From NCBI GenBank assembly GCA_002269645.1, contig NIVC01000629.1, positions 1 to 64,000 of the forward strand: a stretch of DNA of 64,000 nucleotides, in the 5' to 3' direction. The position numbers and the translations under genes were made by a program. Every line of letters starts with the position of its first letter. The stretch's first letter is position 1. Shown here one piece after another: positions 60,701 to 64,000 of this stretch. A model generated the notes under the pieces. It was not told where the DNA came from, did no database searches, and saw nothing but the letters and a program-made list of their open reading frames with translations. Origin of the DNA: Macrostomum lignano (lineage: Eukaryota).

Positions 60701-62201
60701 CGTTATGGTAACGGCGTCACACAATCCCAAGGAGGATAATGGCTACAAGGTCTACTGGGACAACGGCGCCCAGATTAAGTCGCCCCACGATCGCGGAATT
60801 GCTGACGCTATTATAGCGAATCTGAAGCCTTGGGAGTTCTCCTACGACTTTGATGATGTGAGTAGCTGATAGTATTTTCAGTTATTTCATTATAGGAATT
60901 CTCGTAATATTTCATCAGCCTTCTTGTGTACGATGGAGCAATAAAAGCAGTCATTAGCTGTTTGATTGGGCAATAAAAACAGCCATTATCTACCTGTTTG
61001 ATGGGGCAATAAAAACAGCTATTATCTACCTGTGTATGATGAGGTAAAGAAAGTATCTTTTATCTACCTGTGTATGATGAGGTAAAGAAAGTATCTTTTA
61101 TCTACCTGTGTATGATAAGACAATAAAAGCAAGCCATTATCTACCTGTGTATGATGAGGCAATAAAAACAGCCCTTATCTACCTGTGTATGATAAGACAA
61201 TAAAAGCAAGCCATTATCTACCTGTGTATGATAAGACAATAAAAGCAAGCCATTAACTACCTGCGTATGATAAGACAATAAAAGCAAGCCATTATCTACC
61301 TGTGTATGATAAGACAATAAAAGCAAGCCATTAACTACCTGCGTATGATGAGGCAATAAAAACAGCCATTATCTACCTGTGTATGATGAAACAATAAAAA
61401 CAGCCATTATCTACCTGTGTATGATAAGACAATAAAAACAGCCCTTGTCTACCTGTGTATGATGAGACAATAAAAACAGCCATTATCTAGCTGTGTATGA
61501 TGAGGCAATAAAAACAGCCCTTGTCTACCTGTGTATGATGAGACAATAAATGCATCCTTATCTACCTGGCAGCTGAAGCACGACGGCGATCAGGTGGTGG
61601 ATCCGCTTGCTGAGATGCAGGCCGCCTACTACGAGGCCCAGACTGAGCAGCTGCGCTACAATGGCACCCAGGCCAACTCGGCCTGCCCTGTCCGGGTTGT
61701 GTACACAGCTATGCACGGAGTCGGCACTCGCTACGTCACCAGCCTGATGTCCAGTTTTGGTTTCCCAGACAATTTCCTTATTTCCGTGCCGGAACAGGCT
61801 TGGCCAGATCCCGAATTTCCTACGGTTCGATTCCCGAATCCCGAGGAGGGTCGCAGCTGCTTGGACTTGGCTTGCCGGCTAGCCGATAAGGAGGGCTGCC
61901 CGGTGATTCTGGCCAACGATCCCGATGCCGACCGCCTGGCCGTGGCCGAGGTTGTCGACGCCGGGGCTAGCGCGCCCAGGTAGGCCCGCGGCTGCATCTA
62001 GTTTGACACTTATTGATTGATTGACGAATCGATGGCTGGACAGATAAATAAATACACTGATATCCATTGGTTAACTGTACTAATTCAAAATTGCACATCA
62101 GTTTATGATACATATTTAATATTGCAGACGAATAAGATTGATTGACAGGCAGGCAGACAGAGACAAAGAGACAGCTTGGCAGGCAGGCATGCAGCAGACA
62201 T

Positions 62202-62272
<71 letters not shown>

Positions 62273-62359
62273 GGCAGACAGACAGACAGACAGGCAGACA
62301 GACAGGCAGACAGACAGACAGACAGACAGGCAGACAGACAGACAGACATACAGACAGAC

Positions 62360-62412
<53 letters not shown>

Positions 62413-62539
62413 GGCAGACAGACAGGCAGACAGACAGGCAGACAGACAGACAGGCAGACAGACAGGCAGACAGACAGACAGACTGGCAGACAGACAGGCA
62501 GACAGACAGACAGACAGGCAGGCAGACAGACAGACAGGC

Positions 62540-62573
<34 letters not shown>

Positions 62574-64000
62574 CTAACCCAGAAAGCGACTAAATCTTGC
62601 AGGCCCTGGCGCGTGTTCACCGGCAACGAGACGGCCGCCCTGCTGGGCTGGTGGTGCCTGACGTCATTCAAGCGGCGGCACCCGCAAATGCCAGCCGAAT
62701 CGCAGCACATGCTGTTCAGCACGGTGTCATCTCGCATTCTGGCCGCCCTGGCCAGACGGGAAGGCGCCCAGGTGCACGAGACGCTCACCGGGTTTAAGTA
62801 CATGGGCAACGAGGCGCACAGGCTGCTGGGAGCCGGCCAGCAGGTTGTGTTCGCCTTCGAGGAGGCCATCGGTTTCATGTGCGGCTCCGCCGTGCTGGAC
62901 AAAGACGGAGTCAGCGCCGCAGCCGTCTGCGCGGAGTTGGTGAGCTTTGTTTCTCTAAGTCTTTGTTAGGTTTTTGATGCATACAGATTTTCTGTGCTAT
63001 CTCAAGATGATATTCAATAGGTCTCTGTATCTGAAGGTGTCATTTCATATATATATAATATTATCGTTTTGTTAGCTTAAGGTAAAATTTTGAAGTTTTG
63101 CTATCTCACTGTGAGATTTTGGAGTTTTGCTATCTCAGTGTAAGATTTTAGAGTTTTTTATCTTGGAGTGAGATCTGATAGGTTTGTCATCTCAAGGTAA
63201 GATTTCATAGTCTTCTGCTAGATCTCATGCTGAGGTTTCATAAGCTTCTGCTAGATTTCATGCTGAGATTTCATAATCTTCTGCTATATCTCATGCTGAG
63301 ATTTCATAATCTTCTGTTATAACTCATGCTGAGATTTCATAAGCTTCTGCTAGATCTCATGCTGAGATTTCATGCTGAGATTAAGAATTCATGAGGCTAC
63401 CTCACAGAGAAGAATTCGATGATTAAAAACCAGCTCAGCACTAAAAGCCCAGAGCTTCATTCGGCCATCCGCCAACTGCAGGTAAATCGAGTCTACTCGG
63501 AGGGCAAAACCCTGGCGGCAAAGCTGGCCGAAATCTACGCCGAATACGGCTGGCACGTGACCAACAATGGCTATTTCTTTGCGCACGACCCAACGGAGAC
63601 CAAGGCAATGTTTGCCGCTATGCGGGACCCGGCCTACCCTACCCAGCTGCCTGGCATTGATCACGCCGATCCGCCCAAAGCCTACGATGTACTTTCTGTA
63701 CGCGACGTGTCGCTCGGTTTCGATTCCGGCCAACCGGACAGGCGCTGCGTTTTCCCGGCAAGCTCTGGCGGCGAGATGCTCACCCTGGTCTGCCGGCCAG
63801 TTGGCGTCACCGACGGTGCAACGGCCACGGTGACTCTGCGTACTAGCGGCACAGAGCCGAAGCTCAAATGGTACTCGGAGATTGTCGGCTCCCCTGGCTG
63901 CGGTCCGGAGCCGCTGAGGCACCAGTTGGATCATCTCATTCGCTGTGTGCATCAGCACCTGGTGCGGCCGGAGCTGCACGGATTCAAACGGATGGACCAG
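57750..64000 (+). CDS. PGM2: Phosphoglucomutase-2/phosphopentomutase; exons 57750-58001, 58729-58842, 60627-60857, 61573-61979, 62603-62939, 63482->64000
   Basis: [39 protein letters not shown] and [10 protein letters not shown] motifs. Exon phases are consistent. Confidence 0.92.
58950..60530. repeat. Variable 19-26-bp intronic satellite (GTCATAACTGATGTTGGAGTCTGTCT)
   Basis: Directly visible. Confidence 0.9.
60950..61570. repeat. ~37-bp intronic tandem repeat (TATCTACCTGTGTATGAT...)
   Basis: Directly visible. Confidence 0.85.
62140..62572. repeat. (CAGA)n microsatellite
   Basis: Directly visible. Confidence 0.95.
63200..63380. repeat. ~33-bp intronic tandem repeat (TCATGCTGAGATTTCATAA...)
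   Basis: Directly visible. Confidence 0.7.

Noticed and set aside
61967-62969. Long SVCL/TDRQ-repeat ORFs and similar ORFs over satellites
   Set aside because: They are translations of micro- and minisatellites.

Overview
Eukaryotic (animal-like) genomic DNA: GC-rich exons, GT-AG introns and many tandem repeats. The style suggests an invertebrate such as a flatworm, but this cannot be confirmed from the window. Host genes are a Cys-loop receptor first exon, an intronless GT32 glycosyltransferase, CCDC77 and PGM2. The centre (13727-49991) is a nest of mobile elements, each with its target-site duplication (TSD) intact. Polinton/adintovirus A sits in a 23-bp satellite and carries a solo LTR and a Gypsy retrotransposon. 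The Gypsy pol gene is split by a related Polinton B (20946-39998), whose pPolB gene is split by an RTE-like LINE. Main result: both Polintons carry a ~300-nt IC1-type group I intron inserted exactly between the Gly and Pro codons of the phospholipase A2 'GPG' loop of a PLA2-integrase fusion gene. The gene immediately upstream encodes a PD-(D/E)xK nuclease resembling the GGNCC-specific Eco47II family. By manual scan, GGNCC is absent from the ~27 kb of native viral DNA, and Gly-Pro codons always spell GGNCC. My inference is a nuclease/site-avoidance/intron-immunity system with no methyltransferase.
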